Position numbers and translations under genes: made by a program. The notes beneath the pieces were generated by a model. That model saw nothing but the letters and a program-made list of their open reading frames with translations. It made no database searches and was not told the DNA's origin. Shown one piece after another: positions 37,999-47,833 of a stretch of DNA of 54,327 bases. Source of the stretch: Armatimonadota bacterium (GTDB lineage: Bacteria > Armatimonadota > SYMT01 > JACQGL01); the NCBI GenBank assembly GCA_016199525.1, contig JACQGL010000067.1, positions 1 through 54,327 on the forward strand. Direction: 5' to 3'. The first letter of the stretch is position 1, and each line of letters opens with the position of its first letter.

Positions 37999-38361
37999 CT
38001 ACTCTCCCCACCGCGGCCCCCAGCGGTGCGCAACCCAATCGTAAAGGCGGTCGCTGATCCAGTGAAACCCGGGGAGGCGGCGGAGCGGCCGGAGCAACCA
38101 GCCGCCGGGCGCCAGGTAGAGGGTGTGCCAGATAGCATCCGCGCCCATCCAGCGGCGCCCGTCCGGAGCCAACAGCCAGGCGTGGCGCAGGCGCTCCTCG
38201 GCGGGCACGTCCTCCAGAAGGCGCGCCGCTACCTCGCTGCGCAGGGGTACGAGCCGCAGTCGGGCTTCCCCTACCAGGCACACGGCCCGGCGCGCCCAGC
38301 GGGCTCAGACACTTCACCGGCTCTCGTATAGAAGAATGTAGCGGCGGTCGGTCTGGGTCAC
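37999..38361 (-). CDS. DCC-family thiol-disulfide oxidoreductase with UxxU motif (two in-frame TGA; predicted selenoprotein), 120 aa
   Basis: GTG 38361 follows GGGAG. Reads MTQTDRRYILLYESR-TGA-SV-TGA-ARWARR..., in frame with the downstream DCC-like part (PDGRRWMGADAIW...LYDWVAHR). Confidence 0.8.
38261..38289 (-). promoter_or_regulatory. Candidate bacterial SECIS element
   Basis: CGGGC-CGTGTG-CCT-GGT-AGG-GGAA-GCCCG. The G-initiated apical loop lies 29 nt after the second UGA. Confidence 0.5.
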
Positions 38362-38649
38362 GGAACGTCTCCCAGAACAGCGGCGGAGAGGTGCGCACGC
38401 CGGTGCCGCTGCGGGCGCTCGACCATGCGGCATTAATGCGGTGCACCGGATACCTTGTCACCAGACCACTGCCGGGTGAAACCACGAAACGAGAAAACGA
38501 TGAGACGACCAGAGGCGGAAATGAAGGGCAGCGGCCCCTCGCGCCCCGTTTTCTCATTCTGTCGTCGCCTGGCTTCTTCGTGTTCCGGCTTCCTCGTCGC
38601 TTGGTTTCCTCATCTGCCAGGTACCCGCACGCTCCCGAAGGCCATCGGG

Positions 38650-39930
38650 ATGGGCCTCTCGCTCGCCGCGCTCGCGCTCGGGTGTGCTGCCAACCGGCCA
38701 TCGTTGCCCAGGCATCCGGGAGCACCGCCCGCCCTGGCTGCCCCGGCGCCCCGCCCCACGCCCCACCCCGGGAGCAACCCGGTGCTGCGTATCGGACTCC
38801 GCAAGGCGAGCGGTGGCGTGGCGGTAACGGTGGTTCCGAGCGCACGCGCCATGCTGGTGGATGCGGCCACCGGGCACCGCCTGGCCGTTCTGCCATCCGG
38901 TCAGCCGGCGCGCCTGGTCCTGGATGTGCACGCAGGGCAAATACAGATCGAGCGCCCGGGGCCGGTGATCGCCGCTCCCAGCGTGCGGATCCAGGTGCGC
39001 GGCGGCCGCCTGGCGATCCCGACTACCTCGGGACGCTATCCTTCCCCGCTCCTGGTCTACCCCGCTGCGGGAGGGCTCCAGGTGGTCAACGAGGTGCGCC
39101 TGGAGACCTATCTGGAAGGCGTTCTACCGGGCGAGCTGCCCCCTTCCTTCGCCCCAGAGGCACAGAAGGCCCTGGCGGTGGCCGCCCGCACCTACGCCCT
39201 GCGGAACCTGGACAAGCATACGGACGCGGGCTACGATCTCTGTGACGGCCCCCACTGCCAGGTCTACCTGGGCCATACGACCGCTTCCCCGCGCGGGCTG
39301 CGAGCGGTGCGCGCTACACGTGGCCTGTGCGTCTGGTTTCGCGGCCAGCTGGCCTGCACCTTCTATTCTGCCGACTGCGGCGGGCAAACAACGTTCGCCC
39401 GCGAGGTACCGCTGCCGGATATGCCCGCGCCGCCGCCGTCCTACCTCCGGCCCGTGCGGGATGCTCCTCGTCCCGCAGGCCCGGACTACTGCCGTCGGAG
39501 TTCGCACCACTGGTGGTCTGCCCGCGTGCCAGTGGCGGAGCTGGAGGCACGGCTGAACGAGGACCCCGGGACGGCGGTCGGGAAACTGCTGTCGGCGCGG
39601 TTTGGCGACCGGGATGTCACCGGCCGGGTGCAACGCGTGTTCCTTGAGGGGGAGGTTCTGGCGCCGACCGGCGCCACGCAGCGCCTGACGCGGATGCTCT
39701 CCGGCTGGGAGTTCCGGCGGCGGGTGGGGCCGCGGCAGATGCGCTCCACGCTGGCGAAGATCGAGCGGGTTTCGCCAGAGGAGTTCCGGATCACAGGAAC
39801 GGGCAACGGCCATGGGTTGGGCCTGTGCCAGATCGGTGCGGACGGAATGGCGCGCCCACCCTACTACGCCAACTTCCGTCAGATTCTGCGGCATTACTAT
39901 CCAGGGGTGCAGGTGGGGAAGGAGGGGTGA
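38650..39930 (+). CDS. SpoIID/LytB domain protein, probable lipoprotein
   Basis: VNEVRLETYLEGVLPGE, KALAVAARTYA, CDGPHCQVY, GNGHGLGLCQIGA, ILRHYYPG. Lipobox-like LALGC. Start uncertain. Confidence 0.9.
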   Translation: MGLSLAALALGCAANRPSLPRHPGAPPALAAPAPRPTPHPGSNPVLRIGLRKASGGVAVTVVPSARAMLVDAATGHRLAVLPSGQPARLVLDVHAGQIQIERPGPVIAAPSVRIQVRGGRLAIPTTSGRYPSPLLVYPAAGGLQVVNEVRLETYLEGVLPGELPPSFAPEAQKALAVAARTYALRNLDKHTDAGYDLCDGPHCQVYLGHTTASPRGLRAVRATRGLCVWFRGQLACTFYSADCGGQTTFAREVPLPDMPAPPPSYLRPVRDAPRPAGPDYCRRSSHHWWSARVPVAELEARLNEDPGTAVGKLLSARFGDRDVTGRVQRVFLEGEVLAPTGATQRLTRMLSGWEFRRRVGPRQMRSTLAKIERVSPEEFRITGTGNGHGLGLCQIGADGMARPPYYANFRQILRHYYPGVQVGKEG

Positions 39931-39964
39931 CCCGCTTGTCTCCGCCAACGTTCAGGAGCGCACG

Positions 39965-40879
39965 ATGATCCAGTCTTTCTGCCGCTGTCTCGCCCTGGCG
40001 TTGCTGCTCGCATCCTCGGCGTGTGCGGCGCCGGAGTGTCCGTATACGGAAGGGAAGGTGCTCTGCCGGCTCCAGAGTCCTCTGATCCAAGAATCGAGCG
40101 GCCTGGTGGCCAGCTCCAGGTCGGACGATTACTTCTTTACCCACAACGACAGCGGCGACGGGCCGAATCTCTACGCGGTGAACCGGAAGGGGGAGGTACT
40201 GGCCACATTGCGCGTGACGGGCGCTGCCCACCTGGACTGGGAGGATATGGCTCGCGGCCCGGACGAGAAAGGTAAGCCCGCGCTCTATCTGGGGGATATC
40301 GGGGACAATTTAGGCTTCCGCCCGGTGGTGAGCGTCTATCGCATCCCGGAACCGGTGATAGACGCCACGCGGATCGGAATCTCCGCCGCTACCGCGCCCG
40401 CCCTCCGTTTCGACCTGCAGTACGAAGACGGAGCGCACGATGCGGAGACGTTGCTGGTGCATCCGCGCACAGGGCAGGTGTTCATCGTCACTAAAGCCCG
40501 GAAAAGCAGCGCCGTCTACGTCGCGCCTACGCCATTGCGGGCTGGCAGGATCAATCGGCTCCGGAAGGTTGCCGAGGTGAACTTCGGGCCCTTTCCTCCC
40601 GTGGCGGGCTCCCAGCGCCACGCGGACGATAACTTCCTGGTTACGGGGGGAGATATCTCACCAGACGGGAAGCGGGTGGTGGTGCGCACCTATGCCAACG
40701 CCTACGAATGGAAGGTGGAGCAGGATGACATGGCGGGCGCTTTCCGACGGCAGCCGGTACGGATCCCTCTGCCCGCTGTCAGTGGCGGCGAGGCGATTGC
40801 CTATAGCCGTAACGGGCGCTCGTTGCTGACCAGTAGCGAAGGGCTGAACACACCCGTGTACGAGTTGCTACGCCGGTGA
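39965..40879 (+). CDS. Secreted beta-propeller-like hypothetical protein
   Basis: ATG after AGGAG and a signal peptide. ESSGL, THNDSGD, DWEDM, GDIGDN, DAETL, GEAI motifs. Confidence 0.8.
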   Translation: MIQSFCRCLALALLLASSACAAPECPYTEGKVLCRLQSPLIQESSGLVASSRSDDYFFTHNDSGDGPNLYAVNRKGEVLATLRVTGAAHLDWEDMARGPDEKGKPALYLGDIGDNLGFRPVVSVYRIPEPVIDATRIGISAATAPALRFDLQYEDGAHDAETLLVHPRTGQVFIVTKARKSSAVYVAPTPLRAGRINRLRKVAEVNFGPFPPVAGSQRHADDNFLVTGGDISPDGKRVVVRTYANAYEWKVEQDDMAGAFRRQPVRIPLPAVSGGEAIAYSRNGRSLLTSSEGLNTPVYELLRR

Positions 40880-41131
40880 GACGGGCGGTGCCGACCTGTT
40901 CGTAGTAGCGATAGGGCGTGTCCACGGTTGCGGAACCGCGCGTTGCTGTGAACGAACGGCAATCAACCGCCTTACCACGAGCGGTAGGAGAGTCAGGAGA
41001 CATCCCGCCTGCCGTTACCAGAAGGGATCAGCCGAACGGGCAGCGAACGCTCAGATGAGCGCCTGCACGGGTAGGTGCCGCCATCTAGCGCTCTTCTCCA
41101 GAGGGGCGGTTAACCGTGGAGCCGCCGGGCC

Positions 41132-42130
41132 ATGCAGCGGACCCTCCCCCGGAAAGCCGGCATCTTGCTGTTTCTCCTGGGCAGCGCCGTCGGCTGGCCT
41201 GCCGCGGCGGTCCCCATGCAGCCGCCACGCCACCCGCTGGCGCTCACTGATGCCCTTCGGCGCGCCCTCCCTGCCTTTACCGCCGCCGAAGTGCACCTTG
41301 CGGATGGGGAGTGGACGGACCCGGTTTGCTCCCTGGACGGTCGCCGGCTGGTGGTGGCGTACCGGGACCCGGACGGGCCTCCGGCGAGCTGGCAACTGCT
41401 GCTTCTGCAGGCCAGCGGGCAGCAGATCCGTGTCCTGGCGGGACGCACGTTCGCGGTGACCGATCTCGCCTGGGGTCGGTCGCCTACCGAAGTCGTGGTG
41501 GCGGAGGGAAACGCCATCTGGTCCGTGCCCACGCACGGCGGCACGCCGAAGTGGACCTCCCTGGGAGACGTGCCGCTCTGGAGCCCTGACGGCTCCCTGT
41601 ACGTGCTACCCGTGGAGGATGGCTTCCGGCGGTTTACGGCCACCAGGCGTGCCGTGGGAACGATCTTGCACGGTGCACGGATGCCATCCTGGTCGCCAAG
41701 CGGGCAGTGGCTTGCCTATCCGCAGGCGCGGATGAAGCCGGCGGGTCTCCCTGATGAACAGTTTTCGCCCACGTGCGAGATTCGGCTCCTGGAAGCGCGG
41801 GGGCGCACGCCGCGGATCGCTTGGAGCTGGCCGGCATGGAAGCGCGAACAGCAGCGCCGGCGATGGGCCCGGGCATCCGGCCCCCATCAGGTGTTCTGGA
41901 CGGCAGACGGCCAGAGCCTTGTCGGCCTCATCGAGGTGCGCGAACGGGGGCACCGTCTGCACTACCTGCGCCGGTGGGACCTCGGCGCGAATGCCATCCA
42001 CCTTGCGCCGGTCGATGGCGGCGCCGCGCTGCTAAGCGCCTCGCGAGATTGGCGCACGTGGCTCGTTCGCCTGGAGGGAAGGCTCTGGCTGCTCAGGTTC
42101 CTCCCTCCGCGGGGCCGTGCCCGCCGTTAA
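41132..42130 (+). CDS. Secreted TolB/PD40-like repeat protein
   Basis: Signal peptide; repeated WSPDG / WSPSG / WTADG / SLDG motifs. Confidence 0.7.
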   Translation: MQRTLPRKAGILLFLLGSAVGWPAAAVPMQPPRHPLALTDALRRALPAFTAAEVHLADGEWTDPVCSLDGRRLVVAYRDPDGPPASWQLLLLQASGQQIRVLAGRTFAVTDLAWGRSPTEVVVAEGNAIWSVPTHGGTPKWTSLGDVPLWSPDGSLYVLPVEDGFRRFTATRRAVGTILHGARMPSWSPSGQWLAYPQARMKPAGLPDEQFSPTCEIRLLEARGRTPRIAWSWPAWKREQQRRRWARASGPHQVFWTADGQSLVGLIEVRERGHRLHYLRRWDLGANAIHLAPVDGGAALLSASRDWRTWLVRLEGRLWLLRFLPPRGRARR

Positions 42131-42157
42131 GAATCTACCGTTCCCATTGTTGGCCGA

Positions 42158-42186
42158 TTGACGGATATCTTCTCGTGTGGTACACT
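42158..42186 (+). promoter_or_regulatory. Sigma70 promoter for the moxR operon
   Basis: TTGACG, 17-nt spacer, TACACT with an extended -10 TG. Confidence 0.7.
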
Positions 42187-42219
42187 GCCCCTATGCAGTG
42201 CCGTTGAGGACCAACCCGC

Positions 42220-43185
42220 GTGATGCAAGTATCGGAAGCATGCCCCCGAGTCCGCCACCTCGTAGAGGAGATCGAGCGAGTTATCGTCGGAAAACGCCCC
42301 GTGGTGGAATTGGCGCTCGTGGCGTTCTTCGCGGAAGGCCATCTCCTGATCGAGGATGTCCCCGGGGTGGGCAAGACAATGCTGGCGCGCTCCCTGGCGC
42401 GCTCCCTGGATTGCTCCTTTAAGCGCATTCAGTTCACGCCCGATCTGCTCCCTTCCGACATCACCGGTACCTCGGTATTTAACCAGAAGACGAGTGAGTT
42501 TAACTTTCACCCAGGTCCCGTATTTGCCAACATCGTGCTGGCGGACGAGATCAACCGCGCCACCCCGAAGACACAATCGAGCCTGCTGGAGGGTATGGAG
42601 GAATTCCAGGTATCCGTGGACGGGGTGACACACATACTGCCGCGCCCATTTTTCGTCATCGCCACCCAGAACAACATCGAATATCAGGGAACGTTTCCCC
42701 TCCCAGAGGCGCAGCTGGACCGCTTCGTCATGCGGCTGTCGCTCGGTTACCCGAGCGCCGATGATGAAGCCACCATCCTCTCGCGGCAAGAGCGCTACCA
42801 CCCGATTCAAGACGTTCGACCCGTGCTCGCCGGCGCGGAGGTGAAGGAGATTTGCGCCGCCCTCCGGGAGGTCCACATCAGTCCGGCAATCAAGGATTAC
42901 ATCGTCGCGCTGGTGCAGGCGACGCGTGCTCATCCGTCCCTGGCGTTGGGAGCGAGTCCGCGAGGTTCGCTGGATCTACTTCATTGCTCGCAGGTGCTGG
43001 CCGGACTGCGCGGCCGCAGCTATGTCTTGCCGGACGATATCAAGCTATTGGCTCCTTACGTGCTGCCACACCGGCTGGTGCTTCAACCGGAGGCTCGCCT
43101 GCGTCGGATTAGCGGCGAGCAGACGATTCGCGACGTGATGCGGCAGGTGCCGGTGCCTGTGGACGCCGCGCCCAGCCGCGCCTAA
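42220..43185 (+). CDS. moxR: MoxR-family AAA+ ATPase
   Basis: EDVPGVGKT, RIQFTPDLLPSD, LADEINRATPKTQS, FPLPEAQLDRF, GASPR. Confidence 0.95.
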   Translation: MMQVSEACPRVRHLVEEIERVIVGKRPVVELALVAFFAEGHLLIEDVPGVGKTMLARSLARSLDCSFKRIQFTPDLLPSDITGTSVFNQKTSEFNFHPGPVFANIVLADEINRATPKTQSSLLEGMEEFQVSVDGVTHILPRPFFVIATQNNIEYQGTFPLPEAQLDRFVMRLSLGYPSADDEATILSRQERYHPIQDVRPVLAGAEVKEICAALREVHISPAIKDYIVALVQATRAHPSLALGASPRGSLDLLHCSQVLAGLRGRSYVLPDDIKLLAPYVLPHRLVLQPEARLRRISGEQTIRDVMRQVPVPVDAAPSRA

Positions 43186-43232
43186 TCCCCGACTGCGGGC
43201 ACACGCCTCCCCGTGTGGACGGCGGAACCGCG

Positions 43233-44462
43233 ATGAGGGCTACAAAACTCATCACTGTACTGGCGGCGGCGTTCTGCATCCTCACCGTGGGCGTGATCCT
43301 GAACCTGCCCACGATGTACTGGATGTGCGGCATCCTCCTGTCGCTTCCCGTATCGGGCTACCTCTACGCCATTACCCAGCCCCGCAGACTGTCCGTGGAC
43401 CGAAGGGTCCCGGCCACGGGCTCGGTGGCCGAGCACCTCTCCGTGGAACTCACGGTGCACAATGGCCATCCGTGGCCCAAGCTGCACCTCACGGTGGCGG
43501 ATGAGCTTCCCGTGGGCCTAGTGGCCGTGGGCCGTGCCGAGCTGCCCATCCACCTGCCGCCGCGCGGCAGCGACCGCGTGGGCTACGTCGTCCGGCCGGA
43601 GGTGCGGGGTTTGCACCGCCTGGGTGCAACGCGGATTGAGAGCGCGGATCCGCTGGGCATGTCGAAGAGGACAACCATCCTGCCGGTACGTTCAGAGGTG
43701 CTGGTATATCCCCGCGTGATCCCGCTGCCGCCGCACCTGCTGCCGGTGGGCCTGACGAGCAGTGTTTCGCCTATGGATTCGACCGGGCAGCGCGGGGAAG
43801 GGAATCTATTTTTTGGCATCCGGGAGTACCGGCCGGGAGATCCTTTACGGCGCATTCACTGGCGCTCGTCCGCACGCATCGGCCACCTAGCCGTCCGTGA
43901 AATGGAACAGGAGCGGACGTCGGAGGTCATCCTGGCGTTAGAGACGATCCGGGGCTCAGAGCTGGGGGCGCCGCCGCACACCTCGCTGGAATATGGCGTC
44001 ACACTGGCCGCCAGCCTGGCGACGGTGGCGGCGCGGCGGGGCGACTCCATCCGGCTGGTGGCCCCGGGGTGGTCCGTGTGGCGACCCTCCTCCGAGCCGG
44101 GGCAGCGCGCGTTGGCGGGGATTATGGAAACGCTGGCCCGCCTTCGGGCATCAGCCCCGCAGGGCGTGGAGCACGAGCTTCTCCAGCACCTGGGGCAGAT
44201 CACCGCCGGCGCCAGCGTTCTCTGGATCACCCCGCGTCTCGGTCCGCCACTGCTGCAGACGGTCGGGGTGCTGCAGAGCGCGCACGTGGACGTGACCGTG
44301 CTGGCACTGGACCCAACGAGCTACGATCCGAACGCGCCGGCGCTGGATGCGCGCCACTTCGGGGCGCAGGTGACGGCGATGGGCGCGGCCTTCCTTCTCT
44401 TCCGGCGCGGTGACGACCTGGGGGAGGTGCTGGCCGCGGTAGTTCAGGGAGGTGGACGATGA
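43233..44462 (+). CDS. DUF58 domain membrane protein
   Basis: N-terminal TM helices, VLVYP, REYRPGDPLRRIHWRSSAR. Lies in the moxR operon. Confidence 0.9.
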   Translation: MRATKLITVLAAAFCILTVGVILNLPTMYWMCGILLSLPVSGYLYAITQPRRLSVDRRVPATGSVAEHLSVELTVHNGHPWPKLHLTVADELPVGLVAVGRAELPIHLPPRGSDRVGYVVRPEVRGLHRLGATRIESADPLGMSKRTTILPVRSEVLVYPRVIPLPPHLLPVGLTSSVSPMDSTGQRGEGNLFFGIREYRPGDPLRRIHWRSSARIGHLAVREMEQERTSEVILALETIRGSELGAPPHTSLEYGVTLAASLATVAARRGDSIRLVAPGWSVWRPSSEPGQRALAGIMETLARLRASAPQGVEHELLQHLGQITAGASVLWITPRLGPPLLQTVGVLQSAHVDVTVLALDPTSYDPNAPALDARHFGAQVTAMGAAFLLFRRGDDLGEVLAAVVQGGGR

Positions 44463-46639
44463 TCGGAAGCGCCGCCACTGCCCGCCCATCCCCGCGCGAC
44501 CAGACGGTAGAGACGCTGCTTCCCCTCTACGCCGCCAGCGCCCTGGTGACTCTCTGTGGCGTGGGGGCCGTATCCGTAACCCTAACTCGACTCCCGTATT
44601 CGCAGCTGTGGATTGCCCTGGTTCTCACGGGACACGCCGTTAGCCTTGTCCTCCGGCGCATACGCGTTGACCCCAGAATAGTGTTGCTCGCGGTGCTCAC
44701 GCTGGCGGGAGTGTGGATCATGGAGGGTCTGCCTTACTACCGGGGGCAGACCCGAATGGCACGGCTGCCGACAGACCTGCAGGCGGCCACCATCCTTGCC
44801 TGGCTCGCGGTATTTCTCAGCTTTGCCGCCATCCGCAATGCCTCGCTCCTGTTCAGCGCCGTACCCAGCCTGGCAATGCTGGGATTGATGAGCAGCAACA
44901 ACCCGAACCTCGAGATGCCCGTATTCTTCAGCCTGTTTGTTTTCGGCGTCATCTTTATGACGATCTACGAGCAGCACCTGCAACGGGTTGAAGATGTGCA
45001 CGGGGTGCCACGTCCGGTGAGTTGGCACCTGCTGACCGCCGCAGGGATCTTCGGCCTCTGTCTTGTGGGCGGCGCCCTGTTTACCGCGGTAGGGCAGCCC
45101 GTACTGGCAAGCCTGACGTCCTCCGCGCTGCCGACGTTGGGCCGCACCCAGCTCCCGCGCACGTTCAACATGGCAACCCAGTTTCTCGTGGGTACGGTTC
45201 CCGTCGGCGCAGGGCCGATTACACTCGCATCCGACCCGGTGCTCAATGTCTACACCAAAGCATCGGCCCCGCTGCTGCTCCAGACTTCCATTCTGGACGA
45301 ATACGTGTGGAACGGTTGGGCGGTGCTGGGCCGCGGCACCCGCCAGCCGCAATACGCCTTTGAGGCGGTGCCGCCCGAACTCCCGCCTGGGGCGGAGGAG
45401 GCCACGACGCGCCAGTGGTATATCCACCACCTGGCCCCTGACCCTGACCGACGGCAGACACAGGGAGTGCACACGACGGTTGTTGACCAGCTGGTGCTGC
45501 TACGCAGCACCTTGAGTCCGGTCCTGCCCGTTCTGGTCCGACCAGTTGAGATACGCCATCCGAACCCGGCGCTGAATGTTGAGCCAGCGGGGACGGTAAC
45601 CAGCTCGTCCTACCTGTATCCGGGGACGGTTTATAAAGTTAAATCTGAAGTAGTTACGATTGAACCAGAGGCGCTGCGCCGTGCGCCACCGGCCAATCTG
45701 GCGACGTTCGAGCCCCGCTCCTACCTGTCCGTACCGATTCAGTCCGTCCGCCTCCGCGAGCTGGCGACGCGGGTGACACGCGGCCTGACGAATAGCTATG
45801 ATAAAGCGCAGGCTATCATTCAGCACATCGAGAAGACCTGCTCCTATACCCTGGCGGAAGAACCAACACCCCGGGGGGAGGACGCGGTTGAATTCTACCT
45901 TTTCCATTCCCGGCGCGGGGCGTGTGACCTGGCGGCATCCGCCGCGGTGCTAATGTGCCGCGCCGCCGGCGTGCCCGCCCGCGCTGCCATCGGCTACCTG
46001 ACGGAAGAACCGCTCCGGAATGGCAATGGTTACGTGGTTCGCCAGAGCGACGCCCACATGTGGTTCGAGGTCTACTTCCCGAGCTACGGCTGGGTGGCTT
46101 TCAATCCTGCTCCTCCGGCAGCGGAGCTGGTAGAGAGTCCGGTCGTCTCGATGGTAAGCGGCGTGGGGCGCTTTCTGCGCCAGCTGTTCCAGGGCGGGCT
46201 GGATAGGTACTTGCTGTTGGCGGTCCTGCTCGCGGTACTGCTGTCCGCCTTGCACGTGGCGAGTCGCCCGCTCTGGCAAGGCCTCCTTCGCTGGCGGAAG
46301 AGTTACCGCCGGCGTGAGCCCGTCTCGGACGTGTGGCTTACCTACCGCCGGATGCTTCGCCTCCTGGCGCGCCGCGGCTGGTCACGTCAGCCCTGCATGA
46401 CACCGCTGGAGTACCGCCGGTGGCTGGCGCGGCAATGGGGAGAGGACGCCCCGGCACTGGCGGTGGTGGAACGGGTAACGCAGGCGTTCCAGGAGGTCTT
46501 CTACGGCCGCGACAGCCTCCTTACCACTGACGAGGCCGCCTGGCGGGCGGACCTGCGTCACCTCCGCAATACCGTGCCGCGGGCCCCTCGCCAGGCGAAG
46601 TGGCGGCGGGATTCAGCGTTTCCGGGCTCCATCGGCTAA
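44459..46639 (+). CDS. Transglutaminase-like membrane protein (TgpA-type) with C-terminal DUF4129-like domain
   Basis: Multiple TM helices, GACDLAAS, GVPAR, AHMWFEVYFPSYGWV, TPLEY. Confidence 0.9.
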   Translation: MIGSAATARPSPRDQTVETLLPLYAASALVTLCGVGAVSVTLTRLPYSQLWIALVLTGHAVSLVLRRIRVDPRIVLLAVLTLAGVWIMEGLPYYRGQTRMARLPTDLQAATILAWLAVFLSFAAIRNASLLFSAVPSLAMLGLMSSNNPNLEMPVFFSLFVFGVIFMTIYEQHLQRVEDVHGVPRPVSWHLLTAAGIFGLCLVGGALFTAVGQPVLASLTSSALPTLGRTQLPRTFNMATQFLVGTVPVGAGPITLASDPVLNVYTKASAPLLLQTSILDEYVWNGWAVLGRGTRQPQYAFEAVPPELPPGAEEATTRQWYIHHLAPDPDRRQTQGVHTTVVDQLVLLRSTLSPVLPVLVRPVEIRHPNPALNVEPAGTVTSSSYLYPGTVYKVKSEVVTIEPEALRRAPPANLATFEPRSYLSVPIQSVRLRELATRVTRGLTNSYDKAQAIIQHIEKTCSYTLAEEPTPRGEDAVEFYLFHSRRGACDLAASAAVLMCRAAGVPARAAIGYLTEEPLRNGNGYVVRQSDAHMWFEVYFPSYGWVAFNPAPPAAELVESPVVSMVSGVGRFLRQLFQGGLDRYLLLAVLLAVLLSALHVASRPLWQGLLRWRKSYRRREPVSDVWLTYRRMLRLLARRGWSRQPCMTPLEYRRWLARQWGEDAPALAVVERVTQAFQEVFYGRDSLLTTDEAAWRADLRHLRNTVPRAPRQAKWRRDSAFPGSIG

Positions 46640-46674
46640 AATCTGCTGACGCTTCGTCTGAAGGGAGGTCGAGG

Positions 46675-47796
46675 GTGGCCGTTCGAGCCGCGAATGCGGG
46701 GAGCTCCGGTGACGCCGGTGGGCCGCGCGCCGTGCTTCTCTGGGGCGCGGAAGAGGAAGAGAAGCGCTGCATCCTGGCGCGGCTGATTGAGGAACGCGTT
46801 GCCCCCGAGAACCGGGATCTGGACGTGGAATACCTCGACGCTACCTCGCCCGGCTTTACCGCGGACACGGTGATCCAGGCGGCTCGTGACCGCGCCATGT
46901 TCTCCGAGCGCCGCGTGGTCGTCGTCTACAACGCGCAGCGGTTCCGGGACCGGCGGACGCAAGGAGTCCAGGATGCGCTGGCAACGGCGCTGCCGCGCCT
47001 CCCCGACTACGCCACGGTCATTTTCGTGGCGCGGCACGTTGAGGAACGGGACTCCCGGCCCCGCGCGCCCGTATCCCCCTCCTTGATAAAGGCGATCCGC
47101 CACTGCGGCCAGGAGGTGCTCTGCGGTCCGGCGAGGCCGCCGGACCTCGCTCAGCGAGCGCAGGCTGAGGCGAGAGCGCTGGGAAAGCGGTTCCTCCCCG
47201 CCGCTCTCACGGAGCTGATCCAGCGGGCAGGCCCGGGCGCCGCCGGCGTGATCCAGGAGGTCCACAAGCTGGTCGCCTACGCGGGAGAGCGCGTGGAGAT
47301 CACCGCGGACGATGTGCGCCAGCTCCTTCCCCCGCGCCCGGACGACAACATCTTCCACCTGCTGGATGCGGCTGCCGCGGGCAAGCGAGTGGAGGCGCTG
47401 GCCCTGCTTCGCCAGTTGCTGGCAGCGGGCGAGCCACCCTCTCGTATTCTGTTCTGGCTGCGCCGCACCCTCCGCGAACTGCTCCAGGCGAAGTTCGTCC
47501 AGGAGCATGGCATCTCGCACGTTCACGAGGCGGACCAGCTGCCCGCCGGGGTGGCGGCGGCGCTTCCCCGGGAGGGCAACCTGTACGTGAGCGCGCGCCA
47601 GGTATGGAAGCGAAAGAACCTGTGGCTGCAGGCGGGGCGATTCAGCTGGGAGCAGCTAAGGGCGGCGTTCGACCGACTCTGCCTGGCGGAGGCAGGGCTA
47701 AAAGGTTGGGAAAGGGGCGTGGAGAACCCCGAACTGGCGCTGGAGGTGCTGGTGATCCGACTTTGCTCCGGCGAGCCGGCGGCGGGGGAAAGATGA
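46675..47796 (+). CDS. holA: DNA polymerase III subunit delta
   Basis: LLWGAEE, MFSERRVVVV, EVHKLVAY...IT.DDV, NIFHLLDA, LALE. GTG 46675 follows AAGGGAGG. Confidence 0.85.
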   Translation: MAVRAANAGSSGDAGGPRAVLLWGAEEEEKRCILARLIEERVAPENRDLDVEYLDATSPGFTADTVIQAARDRAMFSERRVVVVYNAQRFRDRRTQGVQDALATALPRLPDYATVIFVARHVEERDSRPRAPVSPSLIKAIRHCGQEVLCGPARPPDLAQRAQAEARALGKRFLPAALTELIQRAGPGAAGVIQEVHKLVAYAGERVEITADDVRQLLPPRPDDNIFHLLDAAAAGKRVEALALLRQLLAAGEPPSRILFWLRRTLRELLQAKFVQEHGISHVHEADQLPAGVAAALPREGNLYVSARQVWKRKNLWLQAGRFSWEQLRAAFDRLCLAEAGLKGWERGVENPELALEVLVIRLCSGEPAAGER

Positions 47797-47803
47797 GCGA
47801 CTC

Positions 47804-47830
47804 GGGATGGCGTCGGATCTACCCCATCCC
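47804..47830. terminator. Hairpin between convergent holA and STAS genes
   Basis: GGGATGG...CCATCCC inverted repeat. Confidence 0.4.
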
Positions 47831-47833
47831 GCC

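Noticed and set aside
1292-38316. Genome-wide UGA reassignment suggested by several in-frame TGAs (1292, 9283, 31678, 38305, 38314)
   Set aside because: The expected residues differ (Gly, probably Arg, Trp, Cys), and many intact genes end at TGA with ATGA/GTGA overlaps. Only the DCC pair fits selenocysteine.
37823-38610. CRISPR array
   Set aside because: The repeats are short-period and degenerate, with no constant 23-47-nt repeat and unique spacers; no cas genes in the window.
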